DNA from: Eledone cirrhosa
Taxonomy: Eukaryota
Assembly: GCA_964016885.1 (NCBI GenBank)
Contig: OZ024757.1
Location: 17,112,001 to 17,176,000, forward strand
DNA: 64,000 bases
Direction: 5' to 3'
This document shows, piece by piece, positions 1 to 16,977 of this stretch (position 1 is the stretch's first letter; each line of letters begins with the position of its first letter). The position numbers were made by a program, and so were the translations under genes. Below the pieces are notes generated by a model. The model was not told the DNA's origin. It searched no databases and saw only the letters and a list, made by a program, of their open reading frames with translations.

Positions 1-617
1 TCAATAAAATCATCATCATCATCATCATCATTACAAACATCATCACTACCATCACCACCATCACTACTATCATCACCACCACCACCATCACCATCATCAT
101 CATCACTATCACCACCACCATCACCATCATCATCACCATCATCATCACAAACATCATCACTATCACCAGCACCATCATCATCACAAACATCATCACTATC
201 ACCACCACCATCACCACCACCAGCACCATCATCATCACAAACATCATCACTACCACCATCACCATCATCATCACAAACATCATCACTATCACCACCACCA
301 TCACCATCATCATCACAAACATCATCACTATCACCACCACCATCACCATCATCATCACAAACATCATCACTATCACCATCACCATCACCATCATCATCAC
401 AAACATCATCACTATCACCACCACCATCACCATCATCATCACAAACATCATCACTATCACCACCACCATCACTACTATCATCCCCACCACCACCACCACC
501 ATCACCATCATCATCACAAACATCATCACTACCACCATCACCATCATCATCACAAACATCATCACTATCACCACCACCATCATCATCATCATCACCATCG
601 TTATCACCACCACCACC

Positions 618-648
<31 letters not shown>

Positions 649-735
649 ATATCATCATTATCATCATCACCTTCATCAATCCCAGCATCACCACCACCGC
701 CACCACCACCATGGTCACCACCACCACCACCACCA
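1..735. repeat. Degenerate (CAT/CAC)n trinucleotide array
   Basis: Continuous cat/cac triplets with recurring acaaacatcatcactatcacc subunits. Confidence 0.95.
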
Positions 736-1150
736 CAGAAGTCTGTCCTCTTGGTGGCTTTAATGTTAGCCCTGACCCTGTATAAGATTGTAATATTTTA
801 AGGTCCAGTAATGCGTCCCTCAGAAGTCTGTCCTCTTGGTGGCTTTAATGTTAGCCCTGACCCTGTATAAGATGGTAATATTTTAAGGTCCAGTAATGCG
901 TCCCTCAGAAGTCTGTCCTCTTGGTGGCTTTAATGTCAGCCCTGACCCTGTATAAGATTGTAATATTTTAAGGTCCAGTAATGCGTCCCTCAGAAGTCTG
1001 TCCTCTTGGTGGCTTTAATGTTAGCCCTGACCCTGTATAAGATGGTAATATTTTAAGGTCCAGTAATGCGTCCCTCAGAAGTCTGTCCTCTTGGTGGCTT
1101 TAATGTCAGCCCTAGCCCTGTATAAAATTGTGATCTTTTAAGGTTCAATA
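736..1150. repeat. 85-bp minisatellite, about 5 copies
   Basis: cagaagtctgtcctcttgg starts at 736, 821, 906, 991 and 1076; copies are near-identical. Confidence 0.95.
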
Positions 1151-1199
1151 ATGCACCCGATAGAATCAGTGCCCTCCGTAGCTGTCTTGTTGGCCTTAA

Positions 1200-1930
1200 T
1201 GATGATAGTGATGATGGTGGTGGTGGTGGTGTTGGTGATGGTGGTGATATTGGTGATGATTGTAATGGTAATCGTGATATTGGTGGTAATGGTGATGGTG
1301 GTGTTGGTGATGGTGGTGATATTGGTGATGATGGTGGTGGTGATATTGGTGATGATGGTGGTGGTGAAGATGATGGTGATGATCGTAATGGTGATGATGA
1401 TGATGGTGGTAATGTTGATGGTGGTAATGATGGTGGTGATGATGGTGTTGGTGGTAATGGTGATGGCGATGATGATGGTGATGATGATGATGGTGGTAAT
1501 GGTGATGGTAATGGTGGTGGTAATGGTGGTGGTGATGGTAATGGTAGTGTTGGTGGTGGTGGTGGTAATGGTGATGGTGATGTTGGTGGTGATGGTAATG
1601 GTGGTGGTGATGGTAATGGTGGTGGTGATGGTGGTAATGGTGATGTTGGTGGTGGTAATGGTGGTGGTGATGGTGGTGGTGATGGTGGTAATGGTGGTGG
1701 TGATGGTGGTGGTGGTAATGGTGGTGGTGATGGTGGTGGTGATGGTGGTGGTAATGGTGGTGGTAATGGTGGTGGTGGTGGTGATGGTGGTGGTGATGGT
1801 GGTGGTAATGGGGGTGGTAATGGTGGTGGCGATGGTGGTGGTAATGGTGGTGGTGATGGTGGTGGTAATGGTGGTGATAATGGTGGTGGTGATGGTGGTG
1901 GTAATGGTGGTGGTGATGGTGGTGGTGAAG
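1200..1930. repeat. Degenerate (GGT/GAT)n array
   Basis: Triplet array; explains the poly-V/M and poly-H ORFs. Confidence 0.95.
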
Positions 1931-2209
1931 ATGGATTGACAAGACTCGATATTGTTATTTTAGCCCTAGGTCAGCTTCTATTATAGTAGAACTATGATCG
2001 AAAGCATTCCAACCGTGACCAACCCGTGTTGTTTTCTTGTATAATGTATCTTGGACTAAATCATTCAATGTGTTAGTCCTTTATCTGTTTAGGTAGGGTG
2101 TAATTTGAGGGATATCTGGCTGCTATTTCTAGTGGGTCGAGCAACCATATAGAGGCGCTCTTGTCTGGATGTTAATTTGAAAAGATGGCTGACGGAACTC
2201 GTAAATATT

Positions 2210-2751
2210 GTGTATAAGTGTATGTGTGTGTGGGGGGGGGGGGGGTTGCATGTGTGTATATATGTGTGTATGTGTGTGCACGTGTTGTGTGTGTGCATGT
2301 GTATGAGTGTGTATGTGTATGTGCGCGCGTCTATTTATGTGTGCGTGCGTATGTGAACGTGTTTTAAATGTGTGTGTGTATGAACGATTGTGTATGTGTT
2401 TGTGTGTATGTGTGTGTGTGGGGGGGGGCCCTGCATGTGTGTGTATATAGGTGTGTGTATGTGTGCCAGCATGTGTGTGTATGTATGTGCACGTGTTGTG
2501 TGTGTAGGTGTGTGTGTGTGTAAGAGTGTGTATGTGTATGTGCGTGCGTCTATTTATGTGTGCGTGCGTGTCTGAACGTGTTTTAAATGTGTGTGTGTGT
2601 ATGAACGATTGTGTATGTGTGTGTGTGTGCACGCATGTGTGAACGTGTTTGAATGCGTTTTGTTTGTGTGTAGATGTGTTTGTTTGTTTGTGTGTGTATA
2701 GGTACAACAGTGGATGTGTATGCCTGTCGCAATAGTTATATATATGGATGC

Positions 2752-2821
<70 letters not shown>

Positions 2822-3845
2822 ATATGTATATGTGTGCACATGTGAGTGCTCTTGCAAGAGTTTATGCATGTGTGTTTGTGTGTGTGTGTGCGCAAGAGTG
2901 TATGTATTTGAGTGCAGATAAGTGTGTGTCTGTGTGTGTATGTGTGTATGAGTGTGTGTGTGTATGAGTGTATGTATTTAAGTGTATATAAGTGTGTCTG
3001 TGTGTGTATGTGTGTATGAGTGTTTGTGTACAAAAGTGTATGTATTTAAGTGTATATAAGTGTGTGTGTGTACAAAAGTGTATGTATTTAAGTGTATATA
3101 AGTGTGTGTCTGTGCGTCTGTGTGTGTATGAGTATGTGTGTACAAAAGTGTATGTATTTAAGTGTATATAAGTGTGTGTTTGTGTGTGTATGAGTGTGAG
3201 TGTGCAAGAGAGTATGTATATGAGTGTATATAAGTGTGTATATATGAGTGCATATATGTGTGTGATTGTGTGCATACGTACCCTAGTACATATATATTTA
3301 TAAATATGGATGCTTATGTGTATATGGATTGTGTGTGAATGCCATAAGTGTGTGTGTATGTGCGTATATGTGTGTATGTGCGTATATATGTGTGTATGTG
3401 CATGTGCACATGTGTGTATGTGCGTATATGTGTGTATGTGCGTATATGTGTGTATGTGCGTATATATGTGTGTGTGCGTATATGTGTGTGTATGTGCGTA
3501 TATGTGTGTGTGTGTATGTACGTATATGTGTGTATGTGCGTATATGTGTGTGTGTGCATATATGTGTGTATGTGCGTATATGTGTATGTGTGTGTGTGTG
3601 TGCACATATGTGTGTGTGTGTGTTTGAGCGTATGTGTGTATGTGCGTATATGTGTGTGTGTGTATATGTGCACATGTGTGTATGTGCGTATGTGCGTGCG
3701 TGTGTATGTGCGTGTGTGTGTATGTGCACATGTGTGTATGTGCGTATGTGTGTGTATGTGCGTATATGTGTGTATGTGCGTGTATGTGTGTATGTGCGTG
3801 TATATATATATATATATATATATGTGTGTATGTGTGTGTGTGTGT
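2210..3845. repeat. Compound (TG)n/(TA)n low-complexity tract
   Basis: Interrupted TG/TA dinucleotides with local duplications. Confidence 0.9.
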
Positions 3846-3973
3846 TACTGGCTAAATTTTTCTGTCTATAAGACTATTTTACACGATTTTTTAAGCTATT
3901 ATTTATAGCGATCGACGGTTGTCATGGGTATTTGGGGATTATCACATTTTCATATATATATAACAAATTTATT

Positions 3974-4120
3974 ATAGAAATGGCTTCTACAGGACTAGAA
4001 CTGTTTCATTCGAATGAAACAGTTCTAGTCCTGTAGGAGCCGTTTCTATATTAAATATTTCCACTCTGTTTTGTATTGAGTACCTTACTTACTGTGGTTA
4101 CCCCCCATTGAACCCGGGTC
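3974..4120 (+). mobile_element. PLE-like family A relic, fold-back palindrome carrying only the 3' half of the hammerhead
   Basis: Palindrome centred on ttcattcgaatgaa; gaaacagttctagtcctgta matches the complete motif at 9583; ends at (CA)n(TA)n. Confidence 0.65.
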
Positions 4121-4121
4121 T

Positions 4122-4849
<728 letters not shown>

Positions 4850-4997
4850 GAGTGTAAATATTAGAGACTAACCACACTAACAACCAGCCAGTCAGTAAGA
4901 TTGTAACAGTAATTAGGTCAGAGAAAACAGTGATTGATGACATCATCACCCCCCCCCCCCCCCAACCTCCGCTACATTCTCTACATAGACTTGCCAG

Positions 4998-5046
<49 letters not shown>

Positions 5047-5600
5047 TACTTCCTTATTTTCCTTATCTATTTTAGTCAGTAAGTATATGACACTTGCCCA
5101 AGATGCTACGCAGCAAGACTAAACACGAAATCCCGTGGTTTAGAAACAAACATCTTAACCAGACGGTCGTAGCCTTTGGCAGTATCGCTAGAGGGTTGGA
5201 CGCCATGCTTTGTAGCACAGTTACGTCCCTTTACGGACTGAGTTCAAATCCTGCCGAGGTTAACTTTGCCTTTCATCCTTACGGGGTCGATAAAATAAAG
5301 TACCAGTAATACACTGAGATAATTGCTGGCCTTGTGCCAAAAAGTAGAAACAATTATTACCATAAGGGCGGTGAATTGGCAATACCGGTCGGTAGAGCGT
5401 CGGACACCATGCTTTGCGGCATAGTGGTATGGCCCTTAACGCTTATCATTCTTACGGGGTCGATAAAATAAACCACCAGTAACGTACTGGGGTCGATTTA
5501 ATCGACGTTCCCTTCCCCCTAAATTGCTAGCCTTGTGCCTATATAAGAAACCATTATTTGTTTTTGTTTCCTTTTATTTTACATGCAGAAACCCATATGT

Positions 5601-6108
5601 GTACCGTCCTGTACCGTCCTGTACCTTCCTCTACTGTGTTGTACCGTCCTGTAAGATGCTTTACCGTCCTCTACTGTGCTGTACCGTCCTGTACTGTGCT
5701 GTACCGTCCTCTACCGTGTTGTACCGTCCTGTACTGTGCTGTACCGTCCTGTATTATGCTGTATCGTCCTCTACTATGTTATACCGTCCTGTACTGTGCT
5801 GTACCGTCCTGTACTATGCTGTACCGTCCTCTACTATGTTGTACCGTCCTGTACTGTGCTGTACCGTCCTCTAGTATGTTGTATCGTCCTGTACTGTGCT
5901 GTACCGTCCTGTACTATGCTGTACCGTCCTGTACCCTCCTGTACCGTCCTGTACTGTGCTGTATCGTCCTCTACTATGCTGTATCGTCCTCTATTATGCT
6001 GTACCGTCCTCTACTATGCTGTACCGTCTTGTACTATGCTGTACCGTCCTCTACTATGCTGTACCGTCATGTACTGTGCTGTACTGTGCCCTCCTGTACC
6101 GTCCTCTG
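5601..6108. repeat. 10/20-bp periodic minisatellite (gtaccgtcct / ctactatgct)
   Basis: Decamer periodicity is directly visible; explains the YRP/CTV-rich ORFs. Confidence 0.95.
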
Positions 6109-6659
6109 CTGTTCTTAATGTACTTTTGTAAACCCTTTGTGGTTAATAAAGAAATCATTATTATTATTGGATTGGTAGTAACGATAGAGGGTGGGACGCC
6201 ATGCTTTGCAGCATAGAGTTACAGCCCTTTACAATCTGAGTTCAAATCCCGCCGAGGTTAACTTTGCCTTTCAACCTTACGGGGTCGATAAAACAAAGTA
6301 CTAGTAATGCACTGGGGTAATTGCTGGCCTCGTGCCAAAAGTAGAAACAATTATTATTATTGATTAACGGGGCGTCGCACAAAATGCTTTTCGGTATTTA
6401 GTTACTGCCATTTACGTTCCGAGTTCGAAACCTCGCCGAGGTCAACTCCGACTTTCATCTTTTTGGGGTTGTAAAAATAAAATACCAGTCAAATACTGAG
6501 GTCGATATAATCGACTTTAACTTCGCCTTAGAAATTGCTGGCTTTCTGCCTAAATTTGAAACCGTTATAAATTAGTTGTTTCTCTTTCAATAACGCAATT
6601 AATAAATTTTAAGGGATTAATTAAGTAATTAATTATTTCCTTATTAAGATAGTTACTTA

Positions 6660-7770
6660 ATGGTTCTTATGTAAAATTAAGGGAGGTTTTCTTCCATAGA
6701 GCCCCAGAATCGGTTTTAGCAAGGTGTCAAAAGGGTTAATGAAGAATTTGGAAGTATTTAACTGAAATTATTTCATTACTAATTAACTAAATATATGCTT
6801 CTTATATGAAATTATTTTGGAAGATTTTAATTTACATATTATTTATCTTTATGTCACCATATTTCTAATGATAAACACTATTTCAATTAATTAGTGAGGA
6901 ATTTTGAGGGGTTAAATTGTTAATTATTTCATTACCGTATTTCCCGGCGTCGAAGACGCTACTTTTTTCCTTAAATAAATCTAAAAAATCTACCATGCGT
7001 CCTGGAGGCCAAAAGGTTGTTTTTTTGTGTTTTTTTTGTTTTTTTTTTTGGTTGCCAAAATTAGGGTGCGTCTTCGGCGCCGGGAAATACGGTAAGTTAA
7101 ATATATAGTTCTCATATTAAATCATTGTGGAAGATTTTAATTTAAAAAGACACCTTTTAAAGTGAGCGGTTTTGTTTCATAGAATCAGGGCTGGTTTTAG
7201 CAAGATTGCTATATTAAAAGGGTTAATGAAGATTTTTTTAGGGATTTTTCGAAAATGTCTAATTATTTCGATACTAAGATAATAAGTTAAAATATATGGT
7301 TTTCATATTAAATTATTTTGGAAAATTTTAATTTAAATAGAAACATTTTAAAACGGACGGCTTTGTTTCATAGGACCAGAGCCGATTTTGGCTAGGTTGG
7401 TATTTCAAAAGGGTTAATGAAGATTTTTTAGGGATTTTTCGAAAATTTTAAATTATTTCGTTACTAAGATAATAAGTTAAATATATAGTTCTCATATTAA
7501 ATTATTTGGGAAGATTTTAATTTAAATAGAAACCCTTTAAAACCGACAGCTTTGTTTCATAGGACCAAAGCTGGTTTGGGCTAGGTTGGTATTTTAAAAG
7601 GGTTAATGACGAATTTTGAAAGATTTTTCGAAAATTTTTAATTATTTCGTTACTAAGATAAGTTGAATATATAGTTCTCATATTAAATTATTTTGGAAGA
7701 TTTTAATTTAAATAGAAACCCTTTAAAACCTGGGTTGGGCAAGATTGGTATTTCAAAAGGGTTAAATACG
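6660..7770. repeat. About 190-bp AT-rich tandem repeat, about 5 diverged copies
   Basis: gaagattttaattta-like anchor near 6821, 7130, 7321, 7510 and 7696; one unit is interrupted by a MITE. Confidence 0.8.
6935..7092. mobile_element. Tc1/mariner-superfamily MITE
   Basis: 25-bp TIRs ccgtatttcccggcg(t/c)cgaagacgc with 1 mismatch, flanked by TA; a second copy lies at 62572-63144. Confidence 0.85.
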
Positions 7771-8070
7771 GTGAAGGATTCAGCGATATTTGGAAAAGTC
7801 ATATCAGAATTCTGTGACAAAATAATTTTCGGAATCGCGGATATTCACAAAATATTGCCTATCGTTTCTTTATAAGCTATATTTCACTCTATCTATATAT
7901 CTATCTTTCTGTTAATCTATATATAAATCTCTCTCTCTCTCTCTGTCAATCTATATATATGTGTGTGTGTGTGTGAGGTATCAAAACATGCTTCTCAGAG
8001 AATATATGCCTTTGTATTCTCTTGGATATATGGTCGTTTCTCTCTCTATATATACGCATATATCTTTTAC

Positions 8071-8144
<74 letters not shown>

Positions 8145-8281
8145 TATATACGTAGGTCCCGGGTTGAGTCGGGGATAACCACAGTAAGTAAGGTACTCAA
8201 TACATGGCAGAGTAAAATATTTTTATTTTATAGAGGGAGCTTCTACAGGGCTAGTACTGTTTCATTCAGATGAAATCTTCA

Positions 8282-8334
8282 GAGCTTCCTGAAGATTTCA
8301 TCTGAATGAAACAGTACTAGCCCTGTAGAAGCTC
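8282..8334 (+). ncRNA. Type I hammerhead ribozyme motif (family A)
   Basis: Stem I gagcttc/gaagctc; CTGAAGA 8289-8295; short stem II; GAAA 8308-8311; stem III cag/ctg; GUA site ending 8327. Confidence 0.85.
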
Positions 8335-8357
8335 CTTCTATAAAATAAAAAATAAAA

Positions 8358-8405
<48 letters not shown>

Positions 8406-8770
8406 AAAGTTCTATTTAAAATTGTTGGGATACAACAAGTAAATATTTTTATAACTGATATAAAGCACTCGACAAGTATTTGGAGTAGATATACGATATT
8501 AATAAATGGAAACTATATTTATAAAACCATATTTATTTCATTATACATATTTCAGGGATACCAAATTAAATTATGGTATGCCTTCATCATCTCTCTCTCT
8601 CTCCGATATTTCTCCACATTTTTTCTTTCTCTCCGTCTTTTTCTAATTGTCCTTAACACTATGACTTATTAAAGTAATATAAACAAATCACTATCCGGAT
8701 GGCTTCCAAAAACAATGGTTGCATTTTAAAAGGGTACGTCAAAGCTTATTTGTAAAACTGTTATATATTG

Positions 8771-8835
8771 TATTTTGTCTGATGAAGGCATACCATAATT
8801 TAATTTGGTATCCCTGAAATATGTATAACGAAATA
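8771..8835 (+). ncRNA. Type I hammerhead ribozyme motif (family B)
   Basis: Stem I tattttgt/acgaaata; CTGATGA; stem II aggcatacca/tggtatccct; GAAA; minimal near-palindromic stem III atatgtat; UA site. Confidence 0.8.
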
Positions 8836-8874
8836 AATATGGTTTTATAAATATAGTTTCCATTTATTAATATC

Positions 8875-8918
<44 letters not shown>

Positions 8919-9257
8919 CTCTGTCTGTCTCTCTACCTATCTATCTGTGCATCTGCCTTTATAGCTATTTATCTATCTATCCATCTATCTACCTATCTAT
9001 ATATCCATCTACCTATCTACCTATCCATCTATCTATATATCTATCCACCCATCTATCTACCTATCCATCTGTCTGTCTTTATATTTATTTATCTACTTAT
9101 CTTCTTTTTTTGACATTTAAAAATATGTTCACAGCGAGGCTTATAGATTGTAGTTATACCGATATAAACTTCATCAGAATCTCTCATACACGATGTGTTG
9201 TGTATAGATATTTTTTACTATGTATGTATATATGCATGTATGTATGCGTGTGTGTAC

Positions 9258-9343
<86 letters not shown>

Positions 9344-9425
9344 GTTATTCCGGGTTGAATCGGAGGTAACCACAGTAAGTAAGGTACTCAATACATAGCA
9401 GAGTATAACAGTTTTAATATAGATG

Positions 9426-9476
9426 AGATTCTACAGGACTAGAACTGTTTCATTCATTAGAAATCATCAGGAATCT
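9426..9476 (-). ncRNA. Type I hammerhead ribozyme motif (family A)
   Basis: Exact reverse complement of the motif at 9583-9633. Confidence 0.85.
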
Positions 9477-9582
9477 GGGTATCAAAAAATGTTAATGAAT
9501 TCTATCAACCAATGACCTACACCCATCCCACTCCCCACCCTCTCTTACCACTTATATATACCATACTTATTTTTTGATACCC

Positions 9583-9633
9583 AGATTCCTGATGATTTCT
9601 AATGAATGAAACAGTTCTAGTCCTGTAGAATCT
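9583..9633 (+). ncRNA. Type I hammerhead ribozyme motif (family A)
   Basis: agattc CTGATGA tttctaatgaat GAAA cag ttctagtc ctg TA gaatct. Confidence 0.85.
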
Positions 9634-9946
9634 CATTTATATTAAAACTATATATATATATAGAGAGAGAGAGATGTATTTTAACTTTAATTATATCTCA
9701 TAAAATAATACAACTGGCTTTTCCACATAATACATATTGTTAGCACCCCAAACACTTAAATTGGGTTTATATTAAAATAACCTAATGTTTGTTGAGTGAG
9801 ATAGTTACCAGTCAGAGTTTATCTTTAAACTATCTTTGTAAAGTGGTTGTCATTCAGTCGTAGAGACATATATATATATATATATATATAAATGAAAGGT
9901 ATAGAAAGTATTGTAGCAAGAAGCTAACAGTATTCCATAATATATT

Positions 9947-10002
<56 letters not shown>

Positions 10003-10576
10003 TGTGCATAGATATTCTTTACTATGTATGTATGTATGTATGCATGTATGTATGCATGTGTGTGTGTGTGTGTATGTGTGTCTCTCTCTCTCTCTCTATA
10101 TATATATATACATATATATACATATCTATATATATGCTATATATATATAACATGCATACATAACCATGAGTGTGTGTATTATGTGTACCTCATGTAGATA
10201 TTAAATTAAATTTAAGACAAATGGCGAACAGGCAGCGTTGTGACATTCATGCCTTTCTGACAGTAATTAAACCAGTGACTCAGAGAGAGAGAAAGAGAGG
10301 AAGTGAGAGACAGAGAGCGTAAATAAGAGAGAGAGGGGGGTGAGGGTGGAGATAGGCTAAGAGAGTGAGAGAGAGAGAGATAGACAGGGACAGAGAGGAA
10401 GTGAGGGAGGGAGATTGACGGAAGGTTTTGATTGGATAATCGAAAATAGGTCACCGTCTTCGTTCATCGAGAAATACCGTACCACAGTGTCTCCACTCTA
10501 CACCTGTGTGTGTATATATATATATGTGTGTGTACACACGCGTGTCTGTACGTGTGTGTACATGTGTGTATATATA

Positions 10577-10611
<35 letters not shown>

Positions 10612-10759
10612 AGCGTATAAATGCAATTGTACAACATGGATCTCTACGCCCGTGCGTGTATATGCATTGCGGCGAAGTGTATTTGCGCATGCCTATATGC
10701 AAATGTCTGTGTGTACGTGTGTGTATGCGTGTGCTGCTGAGTAATGATATAAAGGTTGT

Positions 10760-12480
<1,721 letters not shown>

Positions 12481-12822
12481 CATATGGTGTGTGTGTACAG
12501 GAGGTTACAATATGTGAGGTGTATATATGTGTGTGTGTGTGTGTACATATGTATGTGTGTGTGTGTACGTATTGAGCACGAAATTCTCGGCACTCGAGTC
12601 ACAGGTATAGCTTTGCACACACACACACATTATATATATATTTATATATCAGATAGGGTGTGGTAAAATACCATGTGGACCATAACCCACCAGAGTACTC
12701 GATACGTGGGGTAGTTGAGTGGGTAATATGAAAAGATTCGAAACGGCCCCGACGGCTGAGCTCCGACAGCTAGATCCGGACCTAGCTGTCGAAACAAATT
12801 TCTAACAAATTTGTACTACAGC

Positions 12823-13031
<209 letters not shown>

Positions 13032-13096
13032 TGTAGGAGGTGAGTTTAAAACTTGACTATTCACAAGTGTTTTTTAACCTTCATATCATGTATCCC

Positions 13097-13167
13097 TATT
13101 TTATCTGATGAAAACGCAGATGTCATCTCATGATGATATTTGTTTTTGAAATGCGCATAATAAAATA
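13097..13167 (+). ncRNA. Type I hammerhead ribozyme motif (family C)
   Basis: Stem I tattttat/ataaaata; CTGATGA; long stem II; GAAA; palindromic stem III atgcgcat; UA site. Confidence 0.85.
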
Positions 13168-13197
13168 CTTGGAACTCTTTTAACCATCTTTTGATCT

Positions 13198-13276
<79 letters not shown>

Positions 13277-13486
13277 TCCAGGGGGTGTAACTTGGAGTTA
13301 TGCAGGTTCACCCGAGAGAGCACTCGACGTTTAGGTTCACTTCTGTGATGAGGTGTAGAGCTATACAGAGTGTAATATATAGAAAGGATAACAAGGACTT
13401 GTTATCCTTTCAATATATATATATATATGTGCCATTACCAACCTCAATTTTCTCTATAACCTTCGTTTTGTGTAGAAAATTACACT

Positions 13487-13532
<46 letters not shown>

Positions 13533-13845
13533 TAAAATAACAGATTAAAGTTTAAGCAAAGAATCGCTGCTTTCACCCTTAACGGGATCTTCTACAGTTC
13601 TTATATATTTGATATATATTTATCCTTATCGAGCCCTCTTTGGATTTTAGTCTTCAAATTTATTATTATTACTATTATATATATATTTGTCCTAATAACT
13701 TATTTTAGTTATTATCGCTCCAACGTGAGGTATATGATTTTTAATGCGATGAAATACCCATGATCGTTTGGTAAATCACTGATGAGGGACTCATTTTATA
13801 ACATGTTATCCATGTGCAACCAGCAGTATTCTTCTCACCCATATT

Positions 13846-13883
<38 letters not shown>

Positions 13884-14074
13884 CGGAAGAGAGTCAGCAC
13901 CCCGTCGGCTGAGCTCCAGCTGTTTCGACAGCTAGTTCATATATATATATATATATATATATACAAATTTATTAGAAATATCCAAGTGTAAGAGCACTCA
14001 CCCCTAGGAGTAAGTGTATATATAGCTATTCAGGTACTTACGTTTCGTTGGTTATACACCCCAACTCAATCACC

Positions 14075-14122
14075 CTGAATGAGTTGGGGGTAAATAACCC
14101 AACGAAACTTAAGTACTGTATA
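14075..14122 (+). ncRNA. Variant-core hammerhead-like motif (family E, CTGAATGA)
   Basis: CTGAATGA; stem II gttggg/cccaac; GAAA; palindromic acttaagt; the 5' strand of stem I is replaced by an inverted duplication. Confidence 0.5.
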
Positions 14123-14155
14123 TATCATATATATCCCTTACGAGTTGAACACATA

Positions 14156-14198
<43 letters not shown>

Positions 14199-14220
14199 GT
14201 TTATCCCGGGTTCAATCGGG

Positions 14221-14271
14221 GGCTTCCTGATGATTTCTCCCGAATTAAACAATTCTAGTCCTGTAGAAGCC
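14221..14271 (+). ncRNA. Degenerate hammerhead motif (family A)
   Basis: Stem I ggcttc/gaagcc and CTGATGA are intact, but GAAA reads taaa. Confidence 0.6.
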
Positions 14272-14291
14272 TTTTCTATTATATATATATA

Positions 14292-14323
<32 letters not shown>

Positions 14324-14533
14324 GGAAAATGTATGACCCCCCGACGGCAGAGCTCAAGCCGTTTCGACGGGCTATTTCTGGACTAATTGAGCTCTGCCGT
14401 CGGGATCATACATTTTCCTATTACTCACTCTACTACCTAAGTATTGAGTACTCTGGTGCGTTATGGTCCATCTGGTTCCTTACCACAACTCCTTCGTTAT
14501 ATATATATATATATATATAATATATATAATATG

Positions 14534-14611
14534 CAGGTTGTCCCTAAAATGTATATACACTTTTATTAGAATGCCTGTTGAAATGTGTACACATTTTTTG
14601 GGGACAACCTC
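14534..14611. mobile_element. Short Tc1/mariner-type TIR element
   Basis: caggttgtccctaaaatgtatatacac ... gtgtacacattttttggggacaacct; a related single end lies at about 58860-58890. Confidence 0.55.
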
Positions 14612-15113
14612 TATATATATATGCAAATGACTTCTACAGAACTAGAACTGAATGTATAATAAATATGCTTATAGTCTACCAATGTATTGAGTACCTTTTT
14701 TAAGAGTGCCCCCACCCCGCCCCCGGACACAAATAGGGAATCTACACACATATATATATATATATATATATATTAATATATATATTATATATATATATAT
14801 ATATAGATAGATAGATAGATAGATAAATATACACGGGTGTGTATGATTGTGTATAGAAGATTATATTAATAAGAGGAATTCCAACTTTGTCTGATTTACT
14901 CGTTTTATTTACAATCCTTTAAAATTTATAATGGTATTATAATGAAATAGTATGATAGAATATTATATGTTAAGTGTTAATTGAACAAGTACTTTCATGC
15001 TTCGCAATCTTCAGGTTCATAATGTGTGGTGACAGTCAAGTTTGCAATTTTCAACTGTATATATATATAGACACGCATAACTATATACACATGCGTGTGT
15101 GCACGTATGCATT

Positions 15114-15153
<40 letters not shown>

Positions 15154-15468
15154 AGTATAATGGCGAGAGAAATGGAAAGTAGGCCAACGCACCATCATAC
15201 ACTACTCCACCACCGCCCACACACACATACACACTTTAAATGGTTTGATGCTGCCGTACAAGAGATATAAAACAAGGCAATGCCCTGTCAATTTAATTTG
15301 GTAGACGGAAACTGTGAAGAAGCCCGTCGTATATATAACGAAGGAGTTGTGGTAAGGAACCAGATGGACCATAACGCACCACAGTACTTAATACTTAGGG
15401 TAGTAGAGTGGGTAATAGGAGAAAGTATGACCCCGACGGCATAGCTCAAGCCGTTTCGACGGGCTATT

Positions 15469-15499
<31 letters not shown>

Positions 15500-15604
15500 C
15501 ATTAAAAGACACCAAATGCATTAATATATATATAATATATATAATACATACATAATGCATACCTACCTACACACAAACACACACACATATATACATACAC
15601 ACAT

Positions 15605-15670
<66 letters not shown>

Positions 15671-15674
15671 TATG

Positions 15675-15728
<54 letters not shown>

Positions 15729-16265
15729 TTTATATATGCACACACACACACATATATATTCATATATATCCATACATACATATATATATATATATATAGT
15801 TAAAAATGTATTCAATGGAAATGCACAAATGTGTGTCTTTTTCTTAAATCGAACAAAACCATACAACACACACACACATACATATACCTCCCACACACAC
15901 ATTGACATGCATATACATACACACCAACATGCACACACATACATATACATATATATAATGTGCGTGTATGTGTTGATATCCAATAACTTAGCGGTTCAAC
16001 AGCAAAGAGATCGATAAAATGTGCATCAAAACCTATCAAGAAGGAAGAGGTGGATATGATGCGATATATTTGAAGGGAGGAGCCCCAGCATGGCCGCAAT
16101 CTAAACCTGTTAAGCTAGCCTCATAATGATAACGAGGGTAGAGGGTTGGTGTATGGTGCGATTATGAAAGGGATGTTGAGATGGCCCCTAAAATTGAAGA
16201 CTCTTCAGATAGGGATCTCTCGACCGACGGTGCTCAAACATACACACACACACACACACACACAT

Positions 16266-16299
<34 letters not shown>

Positions 16300-16580
16300 T
16301 ATACATATATATATATACACAATGATATTAAATATTTAATATCATTGTATATTATACTCCAGAAAAACTGTTGAGTGCTCTAAATCAGTTATATAAACAT
16401 TTATATTTGCTGAATATCCCTTCTGCTTATATATATATATATGTATATGTATATATGTGTATATATATATATATATATACACACATACACATGTAAGAGA
16501 AGACTGGCGCATGCATGCCTGTACGAACCTACTTACGAATAAATGTAGGTGTATATGTTATCGCCCTTACCACAAACAAA

Positions 16581-16952
<372 letters not shown>

Positions 16953-16977
16953 GATATTAATAAATGGAAACTATATT

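Noticed and set aside
736-1150. 85-bp array (and the 4218-4760 array) as CRISPR
   Set aside because: No unique spacers, no cas genes, and a eukaryotic context.
13775-13830. CTGATGA at about 13780 (also about 9171 minus and CTGAAGA at about 58473)
   Set aside because: No GAAA at the expected position; possibly decayed motifs, but not supportable.
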